DNA from: Antedon mediterranea | Taxonomy: Eukaryota > Animalia > Echinodermata | Length of the DNA stretch: 64,000 nt | NCBI RefSeq assembly: GCF_964355755.1 | Contig: NC_092670.1 | Location: 6,252,201 to 6,316,200, forward strand | Direction: 5' to 3' | Shown: one piece after another, positions 61,301 to 64,000 of the stretch | How the letters are laid out: the number at the start of each line of letters is the position of its first letter | Numbering within the stretch: the stretch's first letter is position 1 | Translations under genes and position numbers: made by a program | The notes under the pieces: model-generated | What the model was told of the DNA's origin: nothing | Database searches by the model: none | What the model saw: the letters and a program-made list of their open reading frames with translations, nothing else

Positions 61301-64000
61301 TTGACATCAACATGTAGACCGTAATTCCCTCGTGGATAACCTCTTTCATAATCCATCATTGTAGTTATCATTTGTTAAAGTTTCGTTAAACCAACGACAA
61401 CCAAATGTGCGATAACAAACCTTTTAATAAATAATACTCTGAATAATTGAACATAGTGAACATCATGGATTTTGAATTCTCGTCTTATGTTCTATTTTTA
61501 CATTGCTACTCTGAGTACTAACACATTACTACATTATCTGTCTTACGAGTCCGAATGTAACCTTTTTACGACGGCCTGGAGACAGAGAATTTAAGCTATA
61601 AGACAGAAAAGCGACGGTTAATTTAAAAAATGACAGATCATTAATGAATTTAACTACACGGAATGAAAGATGAAGCTGTATTAGAAATGAAATAAAAATT
61701 ATATTACAAAATTAAGTTTATCTAGTATAACATTTTAACAATAGCAATAATTGCAAACTAAAGGTGGAAAAATACATGACTGAATGTTTGCTATGTAATA
61801 ATAATAATAATTCATAAAGCGCACATATTCACTAGAAGTGATTAAGGTGCTACCAAAGTTGACCATGGGTTATGACTTATCACAGGCAATAATTACATCT
61901 ATACACATAGCAATTTTTATTATTTATATTTTTACATAATTAAAATAACAGATTTCCACACAGAAACAAGAAAATATAATAATTTTAAGATAATTAATTC
62001 ACACAAAATGAAACTGAGAAATATTAACTTTATACCGGGAAAAGAAATACAGTAACTGTTTAAAATTGTCTTGGAGCAGCACATATGCTTCCGGTCCATC
62101 AGAGAATGATGCGTCATGGCTTTTGTACTTTTCTGTTTTTGTATTGCATAATGTTGTAGTCTCATAAAAACCCAATTTATTATGTATTAATTTGCAAATG
62201 ATAAATCAAATTAAATGTTTATGTTGAAACTGTTGGCTACAGCCCTTTGTAATGCTGTACTGTGACACTTTCTATGTAAAATAAAATGCACAAGAAAAGT
62301 TCATTCCTCTATGTTTTTGCTTATAAATAGCTCTAGAAGCTTATCTAATCTGTCTTTTATGTAATGTATGTTGATGGCAAGTTCTGGGCTGGTTCACCCT
62401 GTTACAAAAGCCAGTTATTTATTAGATATAATCATTATTAGTTATAATTAGAGAACATCGTTAATACGAAAGGTCTCCATTTAACTGGAAGCTTCTATTA
62501 ATTAATATTACGAATGAGCATTCTGTGTACTCTGTACTCTAGCCCTTGAATGCGTAAATTGAAAAGGTACAATTGATTTGCATTATATACTCAGAAAATC
62601 TGAACTAGATTGAATTATTAAAATTAGACTCGTAACCTGAAGTGGTTATAGGATACGAGTAATAGAAAAGACCGTGAGGTCGTGACCCTAAACTAAAGTA
62701 CTCAAAATAACGACAACGATCAAGAAGATGATGATTAAGTGATGGGTAAATTGAATAATGGATAATAATATTTGTACGACATTCAGTTGAGTACAATCCT
62801 AGCCTGAAGTACGATTAGAAAACGACTTAGACAAGTTGCCGTGAGTGGATTAATGTATATGTTACCTCAAGATCAAGTTACGGTTTATGTAATAATATAA
62901 TTCAATGCAATTTATAAATTTATGTACATTTAATCGGATGATACTTTAAGAATTTACATAAATAAATATTAAGAGAACTGCTCCCTGTTTAGGAGACACT
63001 TCTATTTAAGGGGACACTTTCAAATGAGATGAACAAGAGGAAAAAATAATGTTTCAATGGCCAAGCTCTATGTAGGGACACTGATATCCTATTGTTGAGT
63101 CCCGAAGGGCTACTGTATGTATATTTAATTGAATGATACTCAAGAATTTATATATGAATATATTTTCTTCCGAAGCAATGCAACGAAATTCATGTACTGT
63201 ATTATTTTTTTCTTTAAAACTCTCCAAATCACTAAATGTACCCATCAGTTGAAAGTTCACAACTAAATATTTATTTCTGCTTGCTGAGTAAATGTTCATA
63301 TTTTTTTTAGGTGCTTATTCGAATGTTGTGCTAATAGGAAAATATAAAAAAAACTTCAATTTTATAAGGTGACATCGATAATATTAATATCGAGTTAATT
63401 TTTTAATGAGTCCAGTTCTCATTGCTAATATAAAAATATTGTAGGCAAAGAAATAATAATAATATAATATTAATAATCACAATTAAGCTCAGGGCATTTA
63501 AATTTGAGTGGGATGATGAATTCCGGTAGGTCAGGAGGGTGAAGGAGAAAGAAAGGGGGTAGTGGAGAGGTATTTATGCAGACAGGTTGCGCTAACATTT
63601 CTGAACAAAAGCTGTTGTATGATAAATTTTTCTTGTGTACGCGTTTAGTTCAATGTCATCTTGCTCATTACTACAGCAGATCAATAAGTTATATTTTCAT
63701 AATTTAATTTCTACTTCACTTTTATGGTCGTTAAAAACGCATAAATGATAAATGATATTTCCGGCGTTTCCAGTGTCATGCAAGTGTTGAATCAATGGCT
63801 TGTACTCTAACTTCATAAATAAAAAGTCACCAATTTTAAATTCATAGCTATTTTTACGCATCATTATTACAAACTATTAACAGGATGATCAGACAAAATA
63901 TTTAAAATGGCTGTCTGTATTCATGACATGAAACGCCAGAAATATATTTATTTGTAAGCACCTCCTCCGTCACATTTTCACATTTTCACACTATTTCCTA

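Noticed and set aside
48592-64000. RAPGEF4 CNB-A exons
   Set aside because: No FGES-type phosphate-binding-cassette exon was found by eye; these exons probably lie beyond the window. A tBLASTn search would settle it.

Overview
AT-rich, intron-rich animal genomic DNA. An invertebrate, possibly a marine deuterostome, is suggested by composition and repeat types, but this is inference only. Two genes lie tail to tail. On the + strand are the last five coding exons of an SLC23 (SVCT/nucleobase-ascorbate transporter) gene (<1..5444). On the - strand are 18 coding exons of an Epac/RAPGEF4-type cAMP-regulated Rap GEF (48591..11206, 2655 nt, about 884 aa; DEP, CNB-B, REM, RA and CDC25-HD domains); the CNB-A exons must lie beyond 64000. 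I reconstructed all splice junctions by hand with consistent phase. One RAPGEF4 intron (20712..20966) is a U12-type AT-AC minor intron. The introns hold many non-autonomous elements: a ~1.45-kb Helitron family (one solo copy and a head-to-tail dimer), a TGT..ACA/5-bp-TSD foldback element with arrays of 18-25-bp motifs, a Helentron/HINE carrying a tRNA-like cassette, Harbinger-, ISL2EU- and Kolobok-like MITEs, Nin/Deu-domain SINEs, LINE tails and several minisatellites. No autonomous transposase, RNA gene or CRISPR array is supported. Most short ORFs in the track are spurious. Repeat-family names come from recalled hallmarks, not database searches.
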